A DNA stretch of 64,000 nt from Lingula anatina (Eukaryota; Animalia; Brachiopoda): the NCBI GenBank assembly GCA_051362555.1, contig CM120643.1, forward strand, positions 29,268,848 to 29,332,847, given 5' to 3'. The position numbers were made by a program, and so were the translations under genes. Shown here piece by piece: positions 25,661 through 37,832 of the stretch. Below the pieces are notes generated by a model that worked only from the letters and a program-made list of their open reading frames with translations, was not told the DNA's origin and did no database searches. Position 1 is the first letter of the stretch, and each line of letters starts with the position of its first letter.

Positions 25661-28600
25661 ATGGCAACGCAAATCGGCACTCAAGGTAAAGGTGGGTTAA
25701 GAGATTACTTCAGGGCTATCCTTTGCCAGCACCAGACCTTATAAACAGATTTTTGCTGGGCTTGTGGCTGGAGTCGTTAACTTGTGAATTTGTGCTCCAA
25801 AAGTTAAGGCTTAAGCTTGAGCAAGCAAACAGCAATTACCGTTTATGAGGCCTTATTACGTGCTCCTACTGCTTTAGTAGGTTGGAAAATGTGAATTGCA
25901 TCGACTTATAGGGGGCATATGATAACATACAAAGTCCATCATAGGCTTTTTGCTATCGTGGTTATCATGTCCCTTAGTGCTATTATTATTGTTATCATTT
26001 TTTTGAAAGGATGGGAATCATTTTACCTACTTTACATGGACGTGATTTATTTGTATGTTAGTAGAATGGTTCCGCCTTGCCCTCTCTCGCTGATTATTAT
26101 TTTTTTATTGTTTCCCATTTTTGTCAGCGGACAGTATCTACGTCTAACAAACAATGAAATACATGCATCCATTGGCTTTTCCAGAAGACAAGCCTCTATC
26201 TGGCAAGGTTGCCGTGGTAACAGGGGCTTCATTTGGGATTGGTGCGTCCATATCTAAAATGTTGGCAGCAGAGGGTGCTAAAGTTGTTTTGGTAGCCAGG
26301 GGAGAAAAAATGTTATTAGAGACAAAAGACAAAATCGAGAAAGAAGGTGGTGTAGCATTAGCCGTGAAATGTGATGTGACAAAAAGGAACGAGGTACAGA
26401 GGTGGATTCCGTCCACCGGCTTCTCTCTCTATATATATATCTCTCTATTTCTCTCTCTCTTTCTCTCTCTCTCAATGCCGTATTCTCTTATATGTTGTAT
26501 GTTATATATTGTTAATCTGAACTTTTAAAAAAAGTAAAAATAAAGCAGCAGCAACATCCTGGTTACATCTTGTATTTTAGAGTTATCTGTGTAGGGACTG
26601 GTTAACATATTAGTTTTTTGTACAAACTTTTAGGTCAAAGAAATGATAAAGCGTTCAGAGAGCACGTTTGGTCCGGTAGATATTCTTGTTAACAATGCCG
26701 GGGTGTGGCACTTTACCTTCATGAAATATGCCAAAGAAGACCTGTGGGAAGAGATAGTTGATGTTAATATTAAGGTACAACCAATATTTTAACATAAAAA
26801 TAAAGTGGTATATTATAGAAGAATAAATATGTAGAAATCGACTTAAATAAAGATATTGTGCAATATAACAATTAAAGTCATAATAACTCTTCATTTTGGC
26901 CAAAAATTGGATTTTCCTGGAGTAAACGGCAATTTTCCCGTACTTACCAATGGTCAGCGACCCCATTCCTGCATTCAAAGTTAATCCAGGGTTTTTTTCC
27001 TAAACGTACGGTTTTTTGTTTAAATCTCTTAAGAGACTGACGGAGCTCTCTCTGACATCGCATAGTCACTGTTGACCTACTTAAAACCGCGGGAAAAGCA
27101 GACAACAACAACACTATATAAGATTCATGAGATATATTCGTCTTTTTGTTAAAAATACATTAATATCCACAATGTGTGCCATTCTGGGCTTTTCGTTATC
27201 CGACGCACTGTACAAAAACTCGCAACTTACGTCTGCGTCTGCATTAATGCGTTTGCCGCCATATGTTATTTTGGTCTCGAATGAACGCGAGAATCCGCGT
27301 GACACCATTACGTCATTAGCAACGAATGCCTTGATGACATGAAGAAAAGCATCGTAAGCCCTATTGACAAGCACAGATTTTAGTTTTACTACAATAACGG
27401 CCGTTTTAGTGGTAAAATACAATAGAATATATTTCCATGCGTTGTTTACAATGTATTTCATGCGGAATTTTGAATCTCAAAGGAAGAGTTATTATTGCTT
27501 TAAATTTTGACTATTATTGATGTACCTTGGCTCAAAGTGAAGAATTTGGTCTAAAAATTTGACCCACTTTTGACCGGGCTCCGGGGTTGATTTTGCAAAA
27601 AGTTCTTTTAGTTGTCTCCACCTGATTGTTGCGTACTTCTTTAATCTAGCCTACACCTGTCCTAGTGAAGAAACAGATGGTCTAAAGTCATTTTCTTATT
27701 GTTTTATGAGGGGGGGCTTCGATGTTGTTCTATACTGCAAAATAATTTAAAACTACAAAGGGGTATACCTTGACAATACATTGCTTAAATTTCCATAAAA
27801 AAAAACAGTTTTTTCTATGTTAAGGTCTAAAGCGTATATTGCAGCAGACACAACTTTAATTATGATAGGGAGGATAATAGTACAAATAGGTTAGTGTAAC
27901 TTAATGGTGGTACTACCTGTCATGGAGGAATTTAATTCTCCTCGAATAATGGTACAGAATGCCACATTTGCACATTTGGACCTCCACCTGTGGTGCTTTA
28001 GGCTCTATTAAAGACATCTTTTCTCTAGGGCGTCTTAAATTGTATCGGAGCTGTGATCAGTGACATGTGTGTAAGAAAAAGAGGACATATCATCAACGTA
28101 ACAGGAGTCAGAGATTTGGTAAAATATAAACTCTATACTGTTATATCACGCTGCAGATGAAGAGTATTTGAGATTTATTTCTTATTTTTAACTTTATAAT
28201 TTATAATTTCTTCTTTATAACTTATTTCTGAAGGATTAAAACATTTAAGCAATGTTTTGTTTCCAAAAGAAAGTTTTAAACTCAATAATAAAGACTTGAC
28301 TGGTGAGAAGTAATGGTACTGCTCATAATCTGGTTCTATTGTTTTCCAGCCTTTGAGAGGAATGGCATTGTATACTGGTGCGAAGTATTTCTTGGAGGGG
28401 ATGACACGAACGCTAAGACAGGAGGTGTGCCAGGAGGGGGTCAAGGTGACCAATGTCCACCTGGGTCCAGTGGACACGCCGGGACTGGCTACCTCTCTAT
28501 CCAATATGGACGATGATGTAAGATCTGTTAACAACACGTTGCATCACTAAAGGCACCATAGTTCTTGCATTGTTTCGGATGAAGTTTGAGTCTTCAGTTG

Positions 28601-29017
28601 GTCAATGTATGTCGCATTGTGAGATTGATGAAATAATGGCTGAAATAGTACGCGAAGGGGAATTTTGATAAAAGCCATCATGTAATCATTAACGTTATAT
28701 TTGACACCGTTGACACGCTCATAAAGAATACAAAGAATTAAGTTTTTAAGTGTTACCCACAGTTAGCCAGATATAAATGTATTTTAAGGTTCCAATTTAC
28801 ATCTTTCCGAAGCAGATTACCAATATACTTAGATTTGAATCTTGACAGTGACATGCATATTCCAATGTCTTTTCAGTGTAAGAAACTTTACAATTTTGCC
28901 GAGAGTACCAATCTTACTGCAGATGCTGCTGCTCGTGCAGTTATACAGGCCTTGAAACAACCTCAAGATTTGGCAGTCAACGACGTTTGCCTCGTGCCGC
29001 AAGCGTTTGCAGTTTAG
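25661..29017 (+). CDS. SDR oxidoreductase, copy 4 (~257 aa; atypical active site)
   Basis: Exons 25661-25685, 26185-26393, 26634-26774, 28029-28118, 28350-28517 and 28877-29017. Recent duplicate of copy 3 including introns. Motifs NVTGVRDL, YTGAK. Confidence 0.86.
26876..27499. mobile_element. Non-autonomous DNA transposon with TTAA target duplication (Kolobok-like)
   Basis: TTAA|AGTCATAATAACTCTTC ... GAAGAGTTATTATTGCT|TTAA; absent from the paralogous intron of copy 3. Confidence 0.72.
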
Positions 29018-30012
29018 ATGATAGCATGTAACTAAGATTTCTTGATGTATTAATCAGAACATTATTCAGCTATGCCATGAAAAGTTTCACAAGCGAGAAA
29101 AAGGAAGTGATGTTTCTACCTCTATGAAAAAGACCACAGACAAGACTTCAATGTGAAAACTTCACCACGTTAAATGCTTTACCAAATCAATTCACAACCT
29201 AAGAAATAAAGAATTTATCTAAATAGCCTGAATATATTACGGAAAAATTGTCCGAATCGACTCAGCTTGGTGCCCCGATTAATTTTAATTGATTGCGTGT
29301 TATGACCAGTTAGAATGCCGTGATAAAGGTCAGTATACCGTTCGTCGTGAAAATGGTCTTTGTCAAAATGTGCCAAATTTTCTTTTTCAAAACACAGGTA
29401 TCTGTGCTCAAAACGTTTGATGAGTGTTTTCCCGCATCCACCGAATGGTATTCCATATCGGTGGTGCAGCACCTAATTTTTATTGTATTCACTTTGTCAC
29501 GTGTTTAATTCGGGTCGCTGCTTAACTGGCTTAATCGGCAAGCAAGATGACATTGTAAAAGACATTAGAAAAGAAATACTTTGAGCAATGGGTCGCTAAC
29601 TTCCACCTCCCCCTTCAACTCATGCGCGCACTTCTTTAAAATGTTACTTATTTTCACTAATTAAGTATCATTGATGTTTGTTACAAAGACCTTGGTCTAG
29701 GTATATGAACAGAGTATCTTTAAGCGTCGGATTCTGGTGATAATGCAGTAGCGAAGTTAGGGGGTGCCAGGGGGGTCCTGACCCCCTTCGATTTCTGAAA
29801 AAAAAAATCACGCCAACGATCTCCCCTTCAAATTAGAATTTTGACTAACTGAATCATAGTTCTAAACCGTACCAAATGGCACCGTTCGCCCTCTAAAATA
29901 CCATGGGGGGGGGGGGGGGGTCGCATCCGCGGATCCGCCCCTGTACATCATTTCCTCTCTCTTCCAATCAATCAAACAAGTCACCGCTTTCCATACAAAA
30001 CCAGGCAGTACC

Positions 30013-31450
30013 ATTACAACTCAAACAGACAAACAAGGTAAAGCTAAATGTGTCTGCTGGGAACTGTTGACTACCCTATTTCCTATTTTTATTGGGCTTC
30101 AGCTAGAGTAAAGCTATTTGGGAATTGCTAAATTGACCAAGCTTGTTTCAAGATAATTATCCGTAAACTAAAATATGTGATAGATACAATACGAGTCGCC
30201 GAGCTGTACGTGAAATATTACGAGTGTATTGGCGAGCCGCAGGCGAGACAATACACGAGTAATTTTCACGTACAGCTCGGCGACGAGTGTTGTATCTGGC
30301 TTAAACCACGGCCTCTGATTGGCTACTACACTAGTAGTGCAACAGACCGTGGAACGCACTCGTACATGACGTGCTTGTATGTCGAATACAGCACGGCCGA
30401 GTCTTTTGTTCTACGCGCTAGCCGTGGTTTAAATGAATTTATTGTCGTTTAACGAGTCAACGCAAAATGTGTTAGAGAAGCAATTCAGGTGAGGAAATGA
30501 GTTCATAGGGCGGGGAGTTTGACATGCGCAGATTGTGCATTGCACAATAGTATAAAAGGAAATGTGAGATGAGCAGATTTCAGCTTGCTGCGTCAGGTCC
30601 AAGTAAATCGCAAATATAAAACAAAGAATATTTTAAATGATATAGAAGTTTGGTCAAGAAAGTAATACATCAGAGAAGGCACAAAATGGAACAGTTGTAA
30701 TAAGTTAATTGGAGTATGAAAGGGTATGTGCTTAGAAATAATTATGATTAATGAAGAAAACATAGATCAGTGTAAAATGTACAAAATTGGTAATAAAGAA
30801 GAGATAGTAGTTGGGATAAGACATTAGAAAATAGTGGTTTCTGATGTACAGTAAATTCTGGGCATTTACACATTCGGTAATATATTTATAAAAATGAAAT
30901 AGTTCAAATATGGAACGAAAGAATTTATTGAAATATATAAAAGGTGGTTGAAAAGAAAATAGCAGAAGTAGAGGAAATAAGAGAAGTTTGTAAATGGTTA
31001 TAGTCGGAGAGTTTGTGAAGGACAGTCAGTGCGTGGTGTGTACGCATTCTGTAACGCAGCCAAGCAAACAACAGCTCATAGCAAGGGTTAACGAAATAAA
31101 TGATTTGTATTGGAAACGGTGGTTGGTGTTTTCGTTGCGAGTTATTAGACAATAAATGATTTATATGCGATTAAGTGAAACGAATAAGTATATAAATATA
31201 TTTCATGTTATCACTGAAGAGTAAAGTCGTCGACAGTTATATCGAAGAGGATATCAGTCTCGCTGCAGATGATGTTGCTCGTGCAGTGATATGTGACTTT
31301 TTTGTCTCTGATATATGTCGGTGGCTTGTAGTCCCACGAGGCCGGGTGGTGTATTTATATCATATCTCACGTTAATTAATAAATACTTACTTACTTAAAC
31401 AACCAAAAGATGTGGCGGTCAATAAAGTTCTCATTCAGCCAACAGAGATG
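30013..31450 (+). pseudogene. Internally deleted SDR relic (exon 1 with ATG>ATT, degraded exon 6)
   Basis: Exon-1 homolog at 30013-30037 with GTAAAG donor. Exon-6 homolog at ~31236-31450 (..AADDVARAVI..KQPKDVAVNKVLIQP) interrupted by an insertion ending in (ACTT)n. Confidence 0.75.
30177..31195. mobile_element. ~1 kb insertion with a long terminal hairpin (unclassified)
   Basis: Absent from the duplicated segment near 36700. 30182-30298 is a ~50 bp-arm imperfect inverted repeat around GCGAGCCGCAGGCGAG. Confidence 0.6.
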
Positions 31451-32115
31451 ATTTTTTTACTCTCAGAAAGAATTTATCGAAATCAGCAGAAGATCAGTGG
31501 AAATTCCTTTTTAATGCTTTGGACTGCTTTGACCTGAAGAAATTGATAACTAGCCTCGGCAGACTTCCTGAGTTTCGTTGACATATTAATAATAATAACA
31601 CTGATGTGTTTTTCTCTTCAACTGTGGATGGCCACAGGTTGATGGGTGCTCATATTTTTCCTTTCACGAATTTCAAACGGTCAAAATGGTCGCCGAAAAT
31701 CCTTCAAATACATCGACTCTTATCAGTATTTAAACAAAAATGTGGGTCAAACTTGATGTGACCCCGCCACGTCCTGGCTCCCAAAGTAAACTATACACAC
31801 TCAACTTGTCGATGTTAATATGAGACCAGATAAACAGCTGAGAACAGTCAGTAAAGTCGTCTCCCTTTGCTTGGTATCTCCACTTTCACAGATATTGTTA
31901 TCCTAGATAGCCATCAAGTGAGTAGCACATTTTGTTGCGCTTTATTTTTCTTTTTGTTTGAATGCTAAATAAACGTATGGTCAAAAAGAAATGTGATATT
32001 TTTTTATTTGTATAATTTCGTTTGAAATGATAATGACCTTATACTGAGCAAGAAGTTGTAAAAAGTGTTTCATACTCTAATCACGGCTATCGTCTGCTGT
32101 AGGAACTGCTTAACC

Positions 32116-35100
32116 ATGGAGGCAACTCAGATGAATAAGCAAGGTAAATGCACCCCTTAAAATTGTGGCTCAAATAATGCGCCATGTTCACTCTTTCTGA
32201 GTAGACTTGGAGAAATTATCAAGATGGTGTTGAGGAAATTAAACCTGTTCATTTTAATTAAAAGTCTCGAACTGTACAGATCCCAAAATATCATATAATA
32301 ATGATACATAATGATGATGATACTAACTTATGATAGGGCTTTGTTGTTTTTTTAATGGAATCATGGTCTGAAATTAATTAGATACATTTCCAGACGACAA
32401 GCCTCTTTCTGGGAAGGTTGCCGTGGTTACAGGAGCTTCGTGCGGTATTGGTGCTGCCATCTCTCGGCACCTAGCAGCGGCAGGAGCTAAGGTTGCCATG
32501 GCAGCAAGACGCGAAGAGATGTTAAATGAGTTAAAAGAAACAATTAAAAAAGAAGGTGGCGAGGCGATCGCTGTGAAATGTGACGTGTCAAACAGAACTC
32601 AGGTACTTTTGTTTTCTGGGCGCGTTCACAGCTGATTTAAAACAAAACTAAGGCCCCATTCAGAATGGATGATCCGAGTACTTATTGATCCGCCATCGAA
32701 ATATGGCCGACCACAGTTCAAAGCGACGCTGCTGACTCGTTATGGTCTCCCCGCCTCCACACGCGCCTTAAAACGGATTTAATCTGTGCTCCGAGGTTTA
32801 AATGCCATCTGGAGACAATAAAACCATCAGGAATCAGAGGCATCGCTTTTGGAATGTGGTTGGCCATATTTAGTCGGCGGATCAGTTAGTACTCGGATCA
32901 TCCATTGTCACAAATAAGAATTTTGAAACATGGCATAGATATCTCGTGAATAATATTTCTAAAATTTACCCAATTTTAATGCCAGTCTTCCCCCATGCCT
33001 TAAATTTAACTCTAATTCTTACACAAAATCTTATGACTTATCAGTAATCTATTGTATTAAACATACAAGTAAGTATTAAACGTGTTAGAAATGAATTTCT
33101 AAAGTATATTTTGTTAGTGTTTAAAAACAACAACAACAACAACAACAACAATAATAATAATAATAATAATATGGAAAAACATGCCACATGTTCGTGTTTA
33201 GGTGAAAGAGATGATAAAGCAGACAGAGGAGTCCTTTGGTCCCGTGGATATTTTGGTCAATAGTGCTGGGGTGTGGTACTTCTCCTTTATGAAGAACGCG
33301 CAAGAAGACGAATGGGAACGCACTGTCGACGTTAACATCAAGGTAAAGGATAAAAACTAATATATACTTATATATATTTGAATAATTGAATCAATATCTT
33401 TTTAATGCTAGAATAAAATTCATATCAGTATACAAGAAAGACTCTAACACTAAAAATAACTTAATTAAAAGGTTAATAGATCGTACTTCTGTGAAGTGTA
33501 TATTTGGTATGGTGTACCTTGACAATCAAGGAGGAACTGTTCATACTTTCAGGGAAATTAATATATTATTCACTGTGAAATAAATTTAATTCTGTTAAGT
33601 ATCTTTAAATTTATTTGTTATTTATTTATTTCTTTTAAAGGGTGTCCTTAACTGTATCGGAGCCGTGCTAAGTGACATGTGTGAGAGACGAAGCGGGCAT
33701 ATTGTCAACATATCGTCAGATAGCGGCAGAGTGGTAATTATTAAAATTGGCCACATATGGGAAAGGTCACGATTTTCTTTTCTTTCTTTCTTTTTTTATT
33801 GGTTATCATGTGACTATAAATATTCCATGACTACAGCTTCGTTGGGTTTATAAATGCATGAGGGAAAATAGATAAACAAAAGACATTAATCAGAAGAATT
33901 GGTTTTTAAAATTATATATATAACATTTTGGGTTACCAGGCGTCTATCGGGATGGCAGTTTACACCGGCACTAAGTTCTTCATGGAAGGAATGACACGAA
34001 CGCTGAGGCAGGAGGTATGCAAAGAAGGGGTCAAGGTGACCAGCGTCCAACCAGGAGCCGTGGACACGCCAGGGCTGACGGATTCTTGCTTAGTGATGGA
34101 CGACGAGGTATTCTGGGGCATGGTGGCTGGAAGACGGCTATGTACTACAGAAGGCGCACAGGGGTCATGCGACCACCCTTCCTTGCCGAGGGCACATCTC
34201 TTTCGTCCTACCCCTCCTCAAATTAAAAAAATGGACGTGATATATGTATACAACATTGGTCAAAAATGTTGTCCCACCCCCAGTTTCTTGTGTTTTTATT
34301 TATAAATGATCACATCACAGGAGTTAATTGCTATGAATGGTGATTTTCATTCCAGACACCATAACTAGCATTATAAGTGGTACAAAAAATACAAGCTAGA
34401 GGTGAATATATCGTTATTTATTACCATTTATTTACATTTATTACATGTACCTCCTCAAACCCGACGTTTCATTCTGATTTTCACAGAGGTAAAGAAATGC
34501 CCGTTAAATTAAAAAGACGCCACCAAATGTCACCAAATTTACACACGTTTAGCATTAGGGTGTGCTCGTTAAAGGTCACGTGTCAAATAGCGTGTGTGTC
34601 TACCGCGTACTGTAATTATCTCCTGTAGGCGGCGCTGCCTGCTTTCAACAAGGATAACAATCTGTTTTGTGGAATATTGTCCCATTCTTCCTAAAGAGCT
34701 TGGGGGATTTGGTCCAGATTATTAGGAGTTGGCTTCTCCTTTGCATTGCATACTTCAATTCATGCCACATGTGCATAGTAGGGTTAATATCAGGGCTCAA
34801 AGATGGTTGCTTCATCCTATGAACATTGGGTTTCTGCAACAAATCACTCAGCAGAAGAGAACTGTGTGCAAGTGCATTTCCACGATGTCGCCTGTAGTAT
34901 CTCTGAAGTCACCTCTTGCAAATGGAGTTAGATATTTGTTGAGAATGTTTTTTCAGTGAATTGCCCCAGTAACGTTCTTTTCTGGAAAGAACAATGTACT
35001 AAAACCATGGGCTTAGAATGCTCTCCAAACATGGACTGACCTGACACCTCAGGCGGTATTATCCTGCACACACCTTCCCAAAAGCATTCTGCAACATATC

Positions 35101-36108
35101 CACGGCCCCTTATTTGACCATCAAAGGCATAGAGAAATACCTTGATTCTTCAGCAAAACCAGCTTGCTCCTAGTGATGGTTGACCAAGCTGTGGTAGTGA
35201 TGGGGTCACTGAACCTAACATTATCAACTGATACCTCATTCCATCTGCAAGAAAGGACGTCGGGGTTGATCCAGGCTTCATAATGACATCACACTTGCAC
35301 ACAGCTCTTGTCTGGTTAGAAAACCCAATGTTCTGACCTTTAATGAACACACCCTAATGCTAAATGTGTGTAAATTTGGTGACATTTGATGGTGTCTTTT
35401 CAACTTAATGAGTATTTCTTTATCTCTCTGGAATGAAAATCACTATTCATAGCAATTAACTCCTGGAATGCACATGGAACTGGGGGTGGGTCAACCTTTT
35501 TGACCAATGTTGTATATAAAAAGAACAGGGTCAAAAACAAATAAATCTTATCCCAGTGCCCTATATATTATAGTAAAGTGCCCTTGTGCAATTTTTCTAC
35601 ATTCATCCTCAGAGCAAAATCCCGTGTCGGCCGGATTTGGAGGGTTAATTTTACATAGGGTACTTTTACAAATAATGAAATGCAATTTAATGTTTTAAGA
35701 TTTGAAGGGAACTGTGAACATCTGAGCGTTCTGACAGCGTCCATTTGATAGTAGTAATTTAAAAGATATTTTAGTTAAAACTATTTTAAGAGTTTCATAC
35801 AAAAATGCGGAACTTAATTGATAGACAAGTTATAATTTATACTCAGTCTTAAAGATACAGCTGACCGCACATGTTAACACTTTAATTTCAAGCTTTTTAT
35901 TCCAGTATCAAAATGAAAGTGTTCATTTATCCATTCATTCCACCTGTTCCTTTTGTGATTTCAGTGCAAGAAAATTTACAGTGAACTCGCAGAAGGCATC
36001 AAAGTTTCAGCTGACGATATTGCTCGTGTTGTGTTATATGCCCTGAAACAACCGGATGAAGTGTCCATCAACGAAGTTCTTATTCAGCCACGAGATGCTC
36101 CACTTTAA
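32116..36108 (+). CDS. Classical SDR oxidoreductase, copy 5 (~260 aa)
   Basis: Exons 32116-32143, 32394-32602, 33202-33342, 33641-33733, 33940-34107 and 35965-36108. Motifs TGASCGIG, AARR (NADP-type), NISSDSGR, YTGTK. Confidence 0.88.
32652..32907. mobile_element. Foldback MITE (PIF/Harbinger-like), right end truncated
   Basis: AATGGATGATCCGAGTACT ... AGTACTCGGATCATCCATT inverted arms; present at the equivalent position in copy 6. Confidence 0.6.
34251..35512 (-). mobile_element. Second Tc1/mariner element (long TIRs, decayed transposase)
   Basis: TA|CAACATTGGTCAAAAATGTTGTCCCACCCCCAGTT ... AACTGGGGGTGGGTCAACCTTTTTGACCAATGTTG|TA. Inverted similarity extends ~180 bp. Remnant QPSLSPDINPTMHMWHELK. 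Empty site in copy 6 near 39812. Confidence 0.88.
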
Positions 36109-36544
36109 AAATGGGAACCTCAGAAAATATTTAATACAACTTAACACCTCCAGAAGTTTGCTACAAAAGGAGGCAGATGGGTAGGGTGGGTTGGTGGAGG
36201 TGGGGGTGGGGGGTGGAGGTGGGGGTGGGGGGGCACAAGGCTTAAAGCCACGCTTTACTTGACCAAATTCAAACAGTAAGCAAGGACATTATAGAGTACG
36301 GGACTTTTGTTTATTAAAATGTACATATTTATTCATTTGTTTATTTATTCATTTGGGAGCTAGAAGAAGGAGTTGGGATATACATGTATGCATGTAAGAA
36401 CATACGGGCGTGGGCACGAGGCTTCATACAGTGCAACCCCCTAGATACGGCCTCGAGCGTCTGTTATCCACCGTGTACATTATCCCCTCTCTCTTCTAAT
36501 CAATCAACTAGGTCGCCGCTTTAGATACAAAACCAGGTGGTACC

Positions 36545-36860
36545 ATGACAACTCAAACAGACAAACAAGGTAAAGTTAAATGTGTCTGCTGGGAACTGTT
36601 GACTACCCTATTTCCTATTTTTATTGAGCTTTAGCTAGAGTAAAGCTATTTGGGAATTGACCTAGCTTGCTACAAGATAATTATCCATAAACTAAAATAT
36701 ATATTTCATATGTTATCACTGAAGAGTAAGGTCGTCCACAGTTATATCGAAGAGGGTATCAATCTCGCTGCCCGTGCAGTGATATACATACGTTTTTAAG
36801 CAACCGAAAGATGAAGCGGTCAATAAAGTTCTCTTTCAGCTAACAGAGATTCCATTGTAG
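36545..36860 (+). pseudogene. Internally deleted SDR relic (intact exon 1 MTTQTDKQ, degraded exon 6)
   Basis: Duplicate of the 30013 relic. Exon 1 at 36545-36569 keeps its ATG and phase-1 GTAAAG donor. The exon-6 homolog at 36741-36860 has indels. Confidence 0.75.
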
Positions 36861-37596
36861 TGCACGTTCACGGATCCAAGATGCCTTTTAAACTCTCATC
36901 AAGAATGTATCGAAATTAGTGGAAATTCCTTTTTAATGATTTGGACTGCTTTGACCTGAAGAAATTGATAAGTATCCTCAGCAGACTTCTGAGTTTCATT
37001 GACATGTAAACAATACCATGGAAGTATAAATATCTTCCATAATAATACTGAGGTGTTTCCCCTATGTTCTCTTCAACTGTGGATGGCCACAGGTTGATGG
37101 GTGCTCATATTTTTCCTTTCACGAATTTCAAACAGCCAAAATGGTCGCCGAAAACTCTTCAAATAGGCCTACATTTACTCTTTTTATCAGTATTTAAACA
37201 AATATACATTTACTCTTACTAGTATTTAAACAACTATTTGGGTCAAACTAGGCTCCCAAAGTAAACTATACACACTCAACTTGTCGATGTTAATATGGGA
37301 CCAGGTAAACAGCTGAGAACAGTCAGTAAAGTCGTCTCCATTTGCTCGGTATCTCCACTTTCACAGATATTGTTATCCTAGATAGTCATCAAGAGCAAGT
37401 GAGTAGCACATTTTGTTGCGTTATATTTTTCTTTTTGTTTGAATGCTTAATAAACGTATGGTCAAAAAGAAATGTGATGATTTTTTATTTGATTAATTTC
37501 GTTTGAAATGATAATGACCTTATACTGAGCAAGAAGTTGTAAAGAGTGTGTCATACTCTAATTACGGCTATCGTCTGCTGCAGGAACTGCTAAACC

Positions 37597-37795
37597 ATGG
37601 AGGTAACTCAGAGATTAATAAGCAAGGTAAATGCAACCTTTTATTATATTTTCGCTCAAATAATGCGCCATGTTCGCTTTTTCTGAGTAGATTTGGAGAA
37701 ATTATCAAGATGATGTTAAGAAAATTAAACCTGTTCATTTTATTTAAAAATCTCGAACTGTACAGATAGCAAAATATTATAAATAATGATACTTC

Positions 37796-37832
<37 letters not shown>

